Positions 24,624 to 33,502 of a stretch of DNA of 34,701 nt are shown one piece after another. Origin of the DNA: Cytophagales bacterium (GTDB taxonomy: Bacteria > Bacteroidota > Bacteroidia > Cytophagales > Cyclobacteriaceae); the NCBI GenBank assembly GCA_029262955.1, contig JAJCYL010000173.1:1-34701 (forward strand), written 5' to 3'. How positions within the stretch are numbered: the stretch's first letter is position 1; each line of letters begins with the position of its first letter. A model generated the notes under the pieces. The model was not told the DNA's origin. It did not search any database and saw only the letters and a program-made list of their open reading frames with translations. The position numbers were made by a program, and so were the translations under genes.

Positions 24624-27122
24624 TCAAAGCTTAGGCGAGATCCTGACATCAATTGGATCTACATTCCAGATATCAGAGCAATATTCCATTATTGAGCGGT
24701 CACTTGAAAACTCTCCAATCCTAGCCACATTTAGAATGGTCTTCCGTGTCCAACTCTCCATATCCAGATATAATTCCCCAACCCTTCTCTGGCAATCAAT
24801 GTACGATTGATAATCAGCCAAAAGAAAATAGTTGTCGTTTTGAAGCAGGGAATCGACCAGGGGTTTAAACAGGTCGGTGTTTTCATTTGAAAACATTCCT
24901 GAGGATATCATGTCCAAACACCTCCTTAGATCCTTGTTGGAATTATAATAGACCATAGGGTCATAATGAGAAGTCTTGATCTTATCAATTTCCTCGCTTG
25001 TGTGACCAAAAAGGAAGAAATTATCATAACCTACCTTATCTCTGATCTCAATATTGGCCCCATCAAGGGTACCAATGGTCAAAGCCCCGTTCATAGCAAG
25101 CTTCATGTTCCCGGTTCCCGATGCTTCCATACCTGCGGTTGATATTTGTTCAGACAGGTCAGCGGCAGGATAAACCAATTGACCACTCGAAACATTAAAG
25201 TTTGGCAAAAAAAGCACATTCATTTTTTGGTTAACATCAGGGTCGTTATTTATTACCTTCCCTATGGAATTAACAAGCTTGATAATAAGCTTGGCCATTT
25301 CATATCCGGGAGCTGCCTTTCCTCCGAAAATGAACGTTCGTGGTACAGTCTTAAGTTCTGGGTTATCCTTCAGCCTGTTATAGAGGGTAATAATGTGGAG
25401 AACATTCAGGTGCTGCCGCTTATATTCATGAAAACGCTTTACCTGAACATCAAACAGTGAATTTACATCCACTCTATTATCGCACTTCTTGAATATGTAT
25501 TGAGCCAGGTTTGCTTTCGCCTTACTCTTTGCCGTCTGCCAGGAAGCAATAAAATCCGAATCTTCTGAAAATTGTTCTAACTGCTTCAATTCTCCCAGGT
25601 TTTTAATCCATTTATCACCAATATATTTGGAAATAAGATCCGCTATTGGCCTATTGCTTAGTAACAGCCACCTTCTGGGAGTAACGCCATTGGTTTTATT
25701 ATTTAACTTTTCCGGCCATATTTCATTAAAATCTGAGAACGCATTTTTTCTAAGCAGATCAGAATGAAGCTTAGAAACACCGTTGATCGAATGACTACCG
25801 ACGCAAGCCAGATTTGCCATCTTTACATATCTTTCACCACTTTCATCAATAATTGACAACCTTCTTATTTGTTCATTGTGTTTAGGGTGCTTTAGCTTGA
25901 CATCATCTAAAAATCGCCTATTGATTTCCAGGATTATTTCGAGATGACGGGGGAGTACGGCTCTCATCAAGTTTAACGGCCATTTTTCCATGGCCTCAGG
26001 CATCAATGTATGATTGGTATATCCGAAGGATTTCTGAGTAATAATCCAAGCTTCATCCCATTCTATCTGGTATTGATCAATCAATAGCCTCATTAATTCC
26101 GGAATGGCAATAGATGGGTGAGTATCATTTAATTGCAGAGAAAACTTCTCATGCAGAGTGTTTATCTCATTACCTCTCGCGAGATGAGTTTTCATTACAT
26201 CTTGAATTGAACAAGAGACAAAAAAATACTGTTGCTTTAACCTCAACTCTTTGCCTACGGCTTGAAGATCATTGGGGTAAAGAATTTTAGAAATATTCTC
26301 GGAGGAAATTTTACTACGAACCGCCCCGTAGAAATCACCGCTATTATAAGTTTGATAATCAAAATCCTCACAGGCTTCCGCTTTCCATAATCTTAGGGTG
26401 GCAGTTGTGTTTGTAGCGTAACCAAGAATTGGAGTATCATAGGGGACACCTTTAATTACATCGGTAGGAATCCAATTCACAATATATCTGCCCTGGGTAT
26501 CAGTACTATGTTCAGTATATCCTCCAAACATTACATTTTGAGCATCCTCAATTCGGACTACCTCCCAAGGGTTACCATTGCGAAGCCACTTGTCTGTTTT
26601 TTCAATTTGCCAGCCATCAGCGATCGCCTGGTCAAACATTCCGAATTCATATCTGATCCCATAACCAATTGCTGGAAAGTCGAGAGTCGCCAGCGAATCA
26701 AGATAACAGGCAGCAAGTCTACCTAAACCTCCGTTTCCGAGCCCTGGTTCCTCTTCCTGCTCCAGGAGATCTGATAAGCTCATATCCATATCCAGTAAAA
26801 TCTTTTCAAATTTGTCATAGAGGCCAAGGTTGGTCAGATTATTACCTAAATGAGGACCCAATAAGAATTCCGCTGAAAGATAACCGACCGTTCTTGGATT
26901 CTTTTCGTGATAAACTCTTTGGGTATCTAGCCATGAACGCAACAATCTATCTCGAACTGTAAACGCCAAAGCCAAATAGTTGTCATTCAAAGTGGCTATT
27001 TCAGGGTACTTACCAATGACATAAAACAAGTTATCAAGGAATGCTCTTCTCAACGTCTCAATGTCTGTTCCCGTTCGATCATCTTCGATCTTGATTAATG
27101 AGTTACTCATTCCAATTTGCAT
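24624..27122 (-). CDS. glgP: Glycogen/starch/alpha-glucan phosphorylase
   Basis: PLP-lysine signature EASGTGNMKLAMNGALTIGTLDGANIE. Also has GNGGLGRLAAC and HEYKRQ. About 830 aa. An alternative start is at 27110. Confidence 0.95.
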   Translation of the reverse strand: MQIGMSNSLIKIEDDRTGTDIETLRRAFLDNLFYVIGKYPEIATLNDNYLALAFTVRDRLLRSWLDTQRVYHEKNPRTVGYLSAEFLLGPHLGNNLTNLGLYDKFEKILLDMDMSLSDLLEQEEEPGLGNGGLGRLAACYLDSLATLDFPAIGYGIRYEFGMFDQAIADGWQIEKTDKWLRNGNPWEVVRIEDAQNVMFGGYTEHSTDTQGRYIVNWIPTDVIKGVPYDTPILGYATNTTATLRLWKAEACEDFDYQTYNSGDFYGAVRSKISSENISKILYPNDLQAVGKELRLKQQYFFVSCSIQDVMKTHLARGNEINTLHEKFSLQLNDTHPSIAIPELMRLLIDQYQIEWDEAWIITQKSFGYTNHTLMPEAMEKWPLNLMRAVLPRHLEIILEINRRFLDDVKLKHPKHNEQIRRLSIIDESGERYVKMANLACVGSHSINGVSKLHSDLLRKNAFSDFNEIWPEKLNNKTNGVTPRRWLLLSNRPIADLISKYIGDKWIKNLGELKQLEQFSEDSDFIASWQTAKSKAKANLAQYIFKKCDNRVDVNSLFDVQVKRFHEYKRQHLNVLHIITLYNRLKDNPELKTVPRTFIFGGKAAPGYEMAKLIIKLVNSIGKVINNDPDVNQKMNVLFLPNFNVSSGQLVYPAADLSEQISTAGMEASGTGNMKLAMNGALTIGTLDGANIEIRDKVGYDNFFLFGHTSEEIDKIKTSHYDPMVYYNSNKDLRRCLDMISSGMFSNENTDLFKPLVDSLLQNDNYFLLADYQSYIDCQRRVGELYLDMESWTRKTILNVARIGEFSSDRSIMEYCSDIWNVDPIDVRISPKL

Positions 27123-27425
27123 TTTGTTAATAATGCAGAATATACAGGAGGATTGGATGGTAAATTATGACTTTGATTAGGCCTGTTATAGATTTGTCTA
27201 ATTTGTTTTCTCATTGTCATTCTGGTCTTGTTCACTTTTGCTCATTACAGATGACCAATGGGGACTCACATCAGAGTTAGCCTGATGTCAAAGGCGAGCG
27301 AAATCGCTTTCTTTGCATTTTGATGATATCGTTGTGGCTATAGTATACGGGCTGAAGTGGCACATGATAGTAATCCTGCACCGCATATAGCTAACCTAAA
27401 TTTATGTTATACTTAAAAGATTTGC

Positions 27426-27439
27426 ATGGAAATTTCCAT
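27426..27439. promoter_or_regulatory. Perfect 14-bp palindrome ATGGAAATTTCCAT just upstream of the DUF21 gene
   Basis: ATGGAAA and TTTCCAT are exact reverse complements with no spacer. The palindrome ends 20 nt before ATG 27460, in the glgP/DUF21 divergent intergenic region. Confidence 0.35.
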
Positions 27440-27459
27440 TAATATGAAATTATTGAGTT

Positions 27460-28467
27460 ATGGATAACTTGTTCATTTGGTTAGGAATAGTCTTTTGTTT
27501 AACACAATCAGCTATGTTTTCAGGTCTCAATTTGGCCTTTTTTAGTTTAACCAGGCTAAGGCTTGAAATTGAAGCCGAGGCTGCACTATCGCATGGAGCT
27601 TCAAGGGTGTTATCTATGCGGGAGGATTCACACTTTTTGCTCACCACCATCTTATGGGGCAACGTTGGGATAAATGTTCTCTTGACCTTACTCTCGGAGT
27701 CTGTGATGGTTGGAATTGTATCCTTTGCTTTTTCAACAGCGCTTATTACTCTTTTCGGGGAAATTATTCCACAAGCTTATTTCTCAAGAAATGCCCTGAG
27801 AATGGCCGCCCTTTTAACTCCCCTTTTGAAGTTTTATCAGTTTGTCTTGTATCCTGTTGCAAAGCCTAGCGCTTTGCTTTTGGATTCCTGGTTGGGAAAA
27901 GAATCGGTTCAATTCTTCTCGGAAGAAAACATTAAATTATTCATAAGAAAACACATGGAAGGGACGGGTAATGAAATTGATCCTATTGAGGGAACTGGTG
28001 CCATTAATTTCTTTTCACTAGATGATCGCAAAGTGGCACAGGAGGGAGAAACGATCAATCCAGACAGTTTAATCACACTAAAAACCATCAACGAAAGATT
28101 AATCTTCCCAGAGTTTACAAGAACTCTGGGGGACGATTTCGTTGAACGAGTTAATAAATCCGGTGAAAAATGGGTTGTTTTTGTAAATGAGAATAACGAA
28201 CCCTTACTGGTGCTGGATGCCAATAAGTTTATCCGATCTGAAATTTTTGGAAATAGCAATGAAGGGATTGAAATGCATTGCCATTTACCTATAGTGATCA
28301 AAGATGAGAATGCGAACCTGGGAACGCTTATTAAAAAACTAAGAATTGGCTACGATGTCCACTCAGATAGCCCACTAGATCTGGACGTCATTCTATATTG
28401 GACCAGGGATAATAAACGCATTATCACCGGTGCCGATATATTGGGCAGGTTACTAAAAGGGATTTGA
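27460..28467 (+). CDS. DUF21/CNNM-domain membrane protein (CorB/CorC-type divalent-cation transporter relative) lacking a CorC_HlyC tail
   Basis: N-terminal four-TM DUF21 pattern with GEIIPQAYFSRNALRMAA. The C-terminal 160 aa or so are soluble and may be a degenerate CBS pair. No CorC_HlyC-like ending is present. Confidence 0.75.
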   Translation: MDNLFIWLGIVFCLTQSAMFSGLNLAFFSLTRLRLEIEAEAALSHGASRVLSMREDSHFLLTTILWGNVGINVLLTLLSESVMVGIVSFAFSTALITLFGEIIPQAYFSRNALRMAALLTPLLKFYQFVLYPVAKPSALLLDSWLGKESVQFFSEENIKLFIRKHMEGTGNEIDPIEGTGAINFFSLDDRKVAQEGETINPDSLITLKTINERLIFPEFTRTLGDDFVERVNKSGEKWVVFVNENNEPLLVLDANKFIRSEIFGNSNEGIEMHCHLPIVIKDENANLGTLIKKLRIGYDVHSDSPLDLDVILYWTRDNKRIITGADILGRLLKGI

Positions 28468-28759
28468 AGATAGCTCGCTCATAACAACTAAGGATTTACT
28501 GACAGAATTCCCTCGAATAATCAAGATTGGCAAACGTACCATTCAATTCAAACTTACCACACCCAAGATGCTTTCCTTTAAGGGGAAAATCAGTTAGCTG
28601 GTGATGCAAGCTCTTAAAAGTATAGGCAATGGAAAGGTTGCTGCCAGTGAAGAGCAAAAAATCATCGAGCTCCTTAAACAGGAAGACAGGAGTCATCTCA
28701 AACATGACATCGCCATGGCTCCGCAATGGATAGGTGAGATCATGGCAAAAGCTTTATAG
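28457..28759 (+). pseudogene. C-terminal relic of an AbiEi/DUF6088-type antitoxin, N-terminally truncated with an in-frame TAG
   Basis: The frame reads ...IIKIGKRTIQFKLTTPKMLSFKGKIS*LVMQALKSIGNGKVAASEEQKIIELLKQEDRSHLKHDIAMAPQWIGEIMAKAL*. The internal stop is at 28595 to 28597. There is no start codon. It ends 1 nt before the AbiEii-like ATG, which is the canonical antitoxin-toxin spacing. Confidence 0.35.
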
Positions 28760-28760
28760 T

Positions 28761-29069
28761 ATGGGTTACCTGGATTTTTACAAGTTAAGGGATAGTGAGA
28801 AGAAAGATATATTCAACAGTGTAGAATACTCGACAGGACTTCCTCCCTTTGCTGTGGAAAAAGATTGGTGGGTAGTGCGTACTTTGGAAGTCATCTTCCA
28901 AACTGAGATCGCTCCACACCTGGTATTCAAAGGAGGTACTTCTCTTACCAAAGCCTGGGGTTTAATAGACAGATTCTCAGAAGATCTTGACTTGGCATTG
29001 GATAAATCCTTCCTGGGATTTTCCGATGAACTAACTCGTAAAAAAGAAGTGAACAAAGTTGATTTATGA
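28761..29069 (+). pseudogene. N-terminal fragment of a nucleotidyltransferase AbiEii/AbiGii-family toxin (about 100 of about 280 aa)
   Basis: MGYLDFYKL...GLPPFAVEKDWWVVRTLEVIFQ...HLVFKGGTSLTKAWGLIDRFSEDLDLAL matches the family N-terminus (EKDxW, FKGGTxLxK, RFSEDxDL). The frame stops at 29069. Only 185 nt remain before the next gene. Confidence 0.65.
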
Positions 29070-29254
29070 GGCAGAAAAGTAGTTTCAAATAACATTATAT
29101 ATTTTAAGATTAGTGATCCCAAGAGTTCTTGACCAATCTTAAGCACTACTCTTTTCAACTCACAAAAAGCGGACTTGACAAGTTATGGGGCGCAAGGCTC
29201 CAAGGGTTGGGTAGAAGACTTTGAGGGAGAAAAGTGATCTTCATTGATGTTGTG

Positions 29255-29776
29255 CTAATTAACTCGTCGATAATCCAAACCATTCAAAAATTCCCACGTT
29301 GTTCCACCATCTTTTGATATTTCCCAATCCCAACGGAAGCCCTCTTTCGAGATCTTGGAAAAAACCTGCCGTGCGGCAACCTCCTGGTTTACTGCCGACT
29401 CAAAATAAATCGAGGTTTGGTATAAAATCATTTTGCCATCCTCAAAACCTCCTTTATAGTGTAGGTGATAACGCCAGGTGTCCACCCAGGACTGTTTCCA
29501 AATACCTCTATTATCATAGCTCAAAAATGCTTTTGATTGATTTCCGTTTGGCCACCCGTCGATCTGTTCGATGACAAGGTCATTCAAAATCCTTGAATAT
29601 GTGGTTAGTCCATGATTTATGGAGTCCGATTTTTCCCATGTCCCAAGTATAAAATCGAAGCGATTCTCGGGTTTTAACTCTGACAAATTAAATACCTGCG
29701 CATAGGAAGTAAATGTCAATAATAAACAGACCAAGACAATGCGAGTAGTACAACTAAGTGTTTTATTTATCTTCAT
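29255..29776 (-). CDS. Hypothetical exported protein (small beta-rich, lipocalin-sized)
   Basis: Signal peptide IVLVCLLLTFTSYAQ. 173 aa and Trp-rich. Its start overlaps the stop of the upstream PD40 gene by 14 nt. Confidence 0.5.
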   Translation of the reverse strand: MKINKTLSCTTRIVLVCLLLTFTSYAQVFNLSELKPENRFDFILGTWEKSDSINHGLTTYSRILNDLVIEQIDGWPNGNQSKAFLSYDNRGIWKQSWVDTWRYHLHYKGGFEDGKMILYQTSIYFESAVNQEVAARQVFSKISKEGFRWDWEISKDGGTTWEFLNGLDYRRVN

Positions 29777-31622
29777 CTTTTTGTTTCAAAATTTCATCCA
29801 CATCCACCAACCAGATGTCCTGATTGCCATAATTTGCACTGAACAGAATTTCTTCTCCAGAGTGAGACCAGGAAATGTCCGTCTCTTCCACTAGATCGTT
29901 TGTCAATCGTCTCAGTGAGCCACCGGTCGCTGGCATTACGTAGATATCAAAAGTCTTTTCGTCATTGTGGTTTGAAAGAAATGCGATATACTGTCCATCT
30001 GGTGAATAAACCGGCCAGCTTCCATATTCTAATTCGTTTGGAATTTCCTGATATTTCCCATCCTCAAGTGACATGGAATAGATTTTGTTTTTTCCATCAA
30101 AATCTCCAAAAAACAGAAACGAAGCTCCGTCTGGAGCCATGCTCGTCGGCTGAACGTTTGCTGAATCTTTCAGAAGAGGCACACTTTGCCCCGTTTCAAG
30201 TGATAAGCTCCAAATATCAAAGGTGTAGTTGGTTGAGCTGTCATAAGCATAAATTACTTCATCTAAACTTGCCCAAATTATATTTCTTATTCCTCCCGAA
30301 TGGGTGATTTTGTGTTGGTCACTTCCATCACTGTTGGCTACCCATAGCTCATTAGTATCCACAGCACCTCCAATCCCATTTATATAGGCGATTTTCTTGC
30401 CGTCTGGAGACCATTTTGGCCATATTGTTCGCTGATGCCTTTCCTCTAGCTCCGGTGATATTGTAACTGTTGTGTTTTCCCTCCTATTCAATATTCTTAT
30501 TTCATTTATTCCAACCTGATATGCCAGAAATTCTCCCGATTTGTCATACTCCGGATGGTACTGATGTTCATCATCTTCAATAAGCTTACTAAGTTTTCTG
30601 GAATCAATATTGAGCGTATAAATTTGATCCTTTTCACTGTTAGCTACTACGGCAAGGATATTTGCATTCGGCGACCAATGTAAAGGAGTCCATGTAAGTT
30701 CCCCAACTAGTTGATGTAGATGCAAAGGAGATTCTTTACCAGTCTCCATTTCATGAATATGAATATCAGCAGAGCCATACGTTTGAGAGAAAAAGGCGAT
30801 AAGGGATTCATCTTTGTTCCATACCGGGCCATATTCTTCAATAGGAGATTTGGTGATTTGCACGGCTGACTGATCAGACAATGTAGTGGTCCAGATATCT
30901 GTCATTTCCTGATTCCAAGTGGTGTAAAATAGCACCTTATCCTCTTTAGTCGACCACCTTGAATGCCATTCATGGCCATCCCTATCTCCCACCAATTGCC
31001 TGACTTCTCTACTTTGGACATTGATGGCATGTAGGTGTTGGTTGCTACTCGCTCTTGAGTTAAAACCAATCCAGCTACCATCATAGGACCAACCAAAATT
31101 GTTTTCATTACCTTCCAGGTTTGTCAACTCTGATGACTGCTGACTGGGCAGATCCCAAAGCCAGAGATTTACACCACTATTCTCGGTCGGCTTTTCATAA
31201 ACAAGCTGAGTTCCATCTGGAGACCAGTTGGCATAAGCTCCCTCAGTGAGTGTTTTCGATTCCCCATTTGCCAGAGAGTAAATAATGATTTTCCTCATTC
31301 CCTCAAAATCAGAAGTATAGGAAATATATTGGGAGTCAGGAGACCATCTTGCGAAGATATTTCTACCACTAGTGAATGAGACCTTTACGATTTGCTTTGT
31401 GTCAAATGAAAATAAATAAATATGCTCAGGCCCCTCATGATCGGAAGTAAATAGAAGGTGTTGTCCATTAGGTGAAAATACCGGACGTGATTCATTACCG
31501 GAGAGGTCCGTAAGTCTTTCAATCGGATTTGATCCCTCAGGTTGAGTTACACTATTGCACGCTGATAGCAAAAGGATTAATGCGGCCACCAAATTGAACC
31601 GGTTAATTGAGAACTTAAACAT
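29763..31622 (-). CDS. TolB-like PD40/WD40 beta-propeller repeat lipoprotein
   Basis: Lipoprotein signal LLLSACNS from ATG 31622. More than 12 PD40-type repeats (xxPxWSPDGxxIAF/xxxxxGxxxIY), for example RPVFSPNGQHLLFTS, ARWSPDSQYISYTS, PKWSPDGKKIAYIN and PVYSPDGQYIAFLS. Confidence 0.8.
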   Translation of the reverse strand: MFKFSINRFNLVAALILLLSACNSVTQPEGSNPIERLTDLSGNESRPVFSPNGQHLLFTSDHEGPEHIYLFSFDTKQIVKVSFTSGRNIFARWSPDSQYISYTSDFEGMRKIIIYSLANGESKTLTEGAYANWSPDGTQLVYEKPTENSGVNLWLWDLPSQQSSELTNLEGNENNFGWSYDGSWIGFNSRASSNQHLHAINVQSREVRQLVGDRDGHEWHSRWSTKEDKVLFYTTWNQEMTDIWTTTLSDQSAVQITKSPIEEYGPVWNKDESLIAFFSQTYGSADIHIHEMETGKESPLHLHQLVGELTWTPLHWSPNANILAVVANSEKDQIYTLNIDSRKLSKLIEDDEHQYHPEYDKSGEFLAYQVGINEIRILNRRENTTVTISPELEERHQRTIWPKWSPDGKKIAYINGIGGAVDTNELWVANSDGSDQHKITHSGGIRNIIWASLDEVIYAYDSSTNYTFDIWSLSLETGQSVPLLKDSANVQPTSMAPDGASFLFFGDFDGKNKIYSMSLEDGKYQEIPNELEYGSWPVYSPDGQYIAFLSNHNDEKTFDIYVMPATGGSLRRLTNDLVEETDISWSHSGEEILFSANYGNQDIWLVDVDEILKQKDEDK

Positions 31623-31699
31623 TTTCGTTACTCTCAATTGAAATTTGAGCGGGATAGCTAAATGGATTTTCATAGTTCTACTTGATGTTAGGGCCTTGA

Positions 31700-32983
31700 C
31701 TAATTCTTAGATTCAAGTAACTCCTCGATCTTATTCCTGGCATTCTCATTGGATGGATTAAGCTCTAGAGATTTCTTATAGTTCATAATTGACAATTCAG
31801 TATCACCAGCCAGCATGTATCCTTCCCCGAGACTGTCATGGGCATTTGCAGATTTAGGGAAGGCATGAATTATCAATTTAAATGTCTCAATAGCCTCTTC
31901 ATATTTCTTTTCAGTGAGCAAGTCATACCCTCGAGAAGTCAAGATGTTTTCATCTAACATTACCCATGTGGGTTGGAGTTTTCTGGCATTTGCAACCGCA
32001 TCCGTCGCTTCATTGAATTTTTGAGCTTCAAGCAATTCAAGAATCTGTGACTGGGTACGAGGCGAGGGTTTTCCAGCTTTTTGGTAGGCGGCTGCCAAAT
32101 TGGTAAAGTTGGCATGCTCATCAGGAAAGGCTACCACTAAATATTCAAAAACATTTATCGCATTTTCAATATCACCAGATTCCAGCAAATCATAACCAGC
32201 CAGTTCAAGTTCCCCATAGTATAAATAATCGAATGAGACTGATAGAATTTTTTCAGGACTAGTTGCCTTTTTGATTTCGTTTAAAAAACGATCTTCCAGG
32301 TAGGGGTTTTGATAATCGATTATGCCAAGTCCGGGTTTCCACTTATCATATTCCATATACCTGGCTACCTTCTCAGCCACTCTCCTCCCTGCCAGTCTTT
32401 GCACAAGGTGAAGAGATCCTTCAATTCCTGATGATACTCCTCCGGAAGTAATGATTTTACCAGAATCAACATACTTGGTATTAATAAGTACTTCTGTCAA
32501 AAGTGACTTTTGGCTTAAATAAAATGTAGAGCCCCAATGGGTCGTTGCTCTCTTGTGTTCTAATAGCCCTGCTTTCTCTGCAATAAATGCTCCGGTACAA
32601 ACGGTCAGCACCACCTCTGCCTCCTTATTGGATTTCTCCACCCATTCCATAATTTTTATATCTTTGAGTGCCTTTCCAGTTTGACCTCCAGGCAGAATAA
32701 TAATATCAGGTTTAGGACAGTTGTCTACCGAAAAGTTGGGATTAACACTCAAAAAGGTTTGACTGGTAATTGGCGCTTCGGAAGACGCAACCGTATAGAC
32801 GTTGAAACCAACAAGGTCACTGAACCGTCCGGCAACTGAGAAAACCTCTCCTGGTCCGGCAAAATCGAAGAGTTCAACACCTTCATGAACGAGAATCGCT
32901 ACATTCAATATTTTTTTCTCAAGGTCTTGGGCACTTGTGAAGTGTGCAATAGGCAATAAAACTATAATCAGGATAAATCTCAT
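31700..32983 (-). CDS. Exported DJ-1/PfpI (class I glutamine amidotransferase-like) domain fused to C-terminal TPR repeats
   Basis: Signal peptide MRFILIIVLLPIAHFTSAQ. Nucleophile elbow VVLTVCTGAFIAEKAG, followed by ATTHW (DJ-1/ThiJ/isonitrile-hydratase-like). The C-terminal half has TPR-like repeats, for example YEEAIETFKLIIHAFPKSANAHDSLGEGYMLAGDTELSIMNYKKSLELNP. Confidence 0.75.
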   Translation of the reverse strand: MRFILIIVLLPIAHFTSAQDLEKKILNVAILVHEGVELFDFAGPGEVFSVAGRFSDLVGFNVYTVASSEAPITSQTFLSVNPNFSVDNCPKPDIIILPGGQTGKALKDIKIMEWVEKSNKEAEVVLTVCTGAFIAEKAGLLEHKRATTHWGSTFYLSQKSLLTEVLINTKYVDSGKIITSGGVSSGIEGSLHLVQRLAGRRVAEKVARYMEYDKWKPGLGIIDYQNPYLEDRFLNEIKKATSPEKILSVSFDYLYYGELELAGYDLLESGDIENAINVFEYLVVAFPDEHANFTNLAAAYQKAGKPSPRTQSQILELLEAQKFNEATDAVANARKLQPTWVMLDENILTSRGYDLLTEKKYEEAIETFKLIIHAFPKSANAHDSLGEGYMLAGDTELSIMNYKKSLELNPSNENARNKIEELLESKN

Positions 32984-32988
32984 ATCAG

Positions 32989-33207
32989 CTAAAATTGTAA
33001 CTCAATTATAGACTTTAAGAATCTATAAATCAGGTCATTAAAGGGCTGATATGTGCTTTTGGAACTATTCGAACAACAAAAGACTACTACTTGATCCTCA
33101 TAATAGTTAAGATTATCTGTCAGGTTAGGACATGTACCAACTAACTGATTGTTTGTCGCCATTTGCCCATGCTGATCTAACCTCTCCTTTATTGTTGAGA
33201 ATTGCAA
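32989..33207 (-). CDS. Doubtful small ORF upstream of the DJ-1-TPR gene
   Basis: 72 codons with a TTG start and no recognisable motif. It ends 5 nt upstream of the DJ-1-TPR gene start (32983). Confidence 0.15.
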   Translation of the reverse strand: MQFSTIKERLDQHGQMATNNQLVGTCPNLTDNLNYYEDQVVVFCCSNSSKSTYQPFNDLIYRFLKSIIELQF

Positions 33208-33502
33208 TATGCTTTGCGTAAAGTACTAAAATTGTTTCTATGTGGTTTTTTGGACGCAGAACTCTTCGGTATTTAAAACTTAATATTTGAAATCATTTTT
33301 TATAGACCGAATAAAAAGTCTGAGCACTTGTTTTATTAAACCATCAGTTTTTTGAAAATTTCTATTCTAATCGCATAAGTAGCTCAATCTAATAATTTGT
33401 CTGAACGGTTCTAAACGTCCATATCCAACCCAGAATTAGTCAACTGCTCAATTACGATTAACTAACATTATCTCGTAAAATGCACCTTTAAACAATATCA
33501 AA

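Noticed and set aside
28496-28726. 76-aa minus-strand ORF from the ORF track
   Set aside because: The opposite strand in this interval gives a much more meaningful translation, the antitoxin-like relic ending 1 nt before the AbiEii-like ATG. The minus-strand ORF is treated as its shadow.
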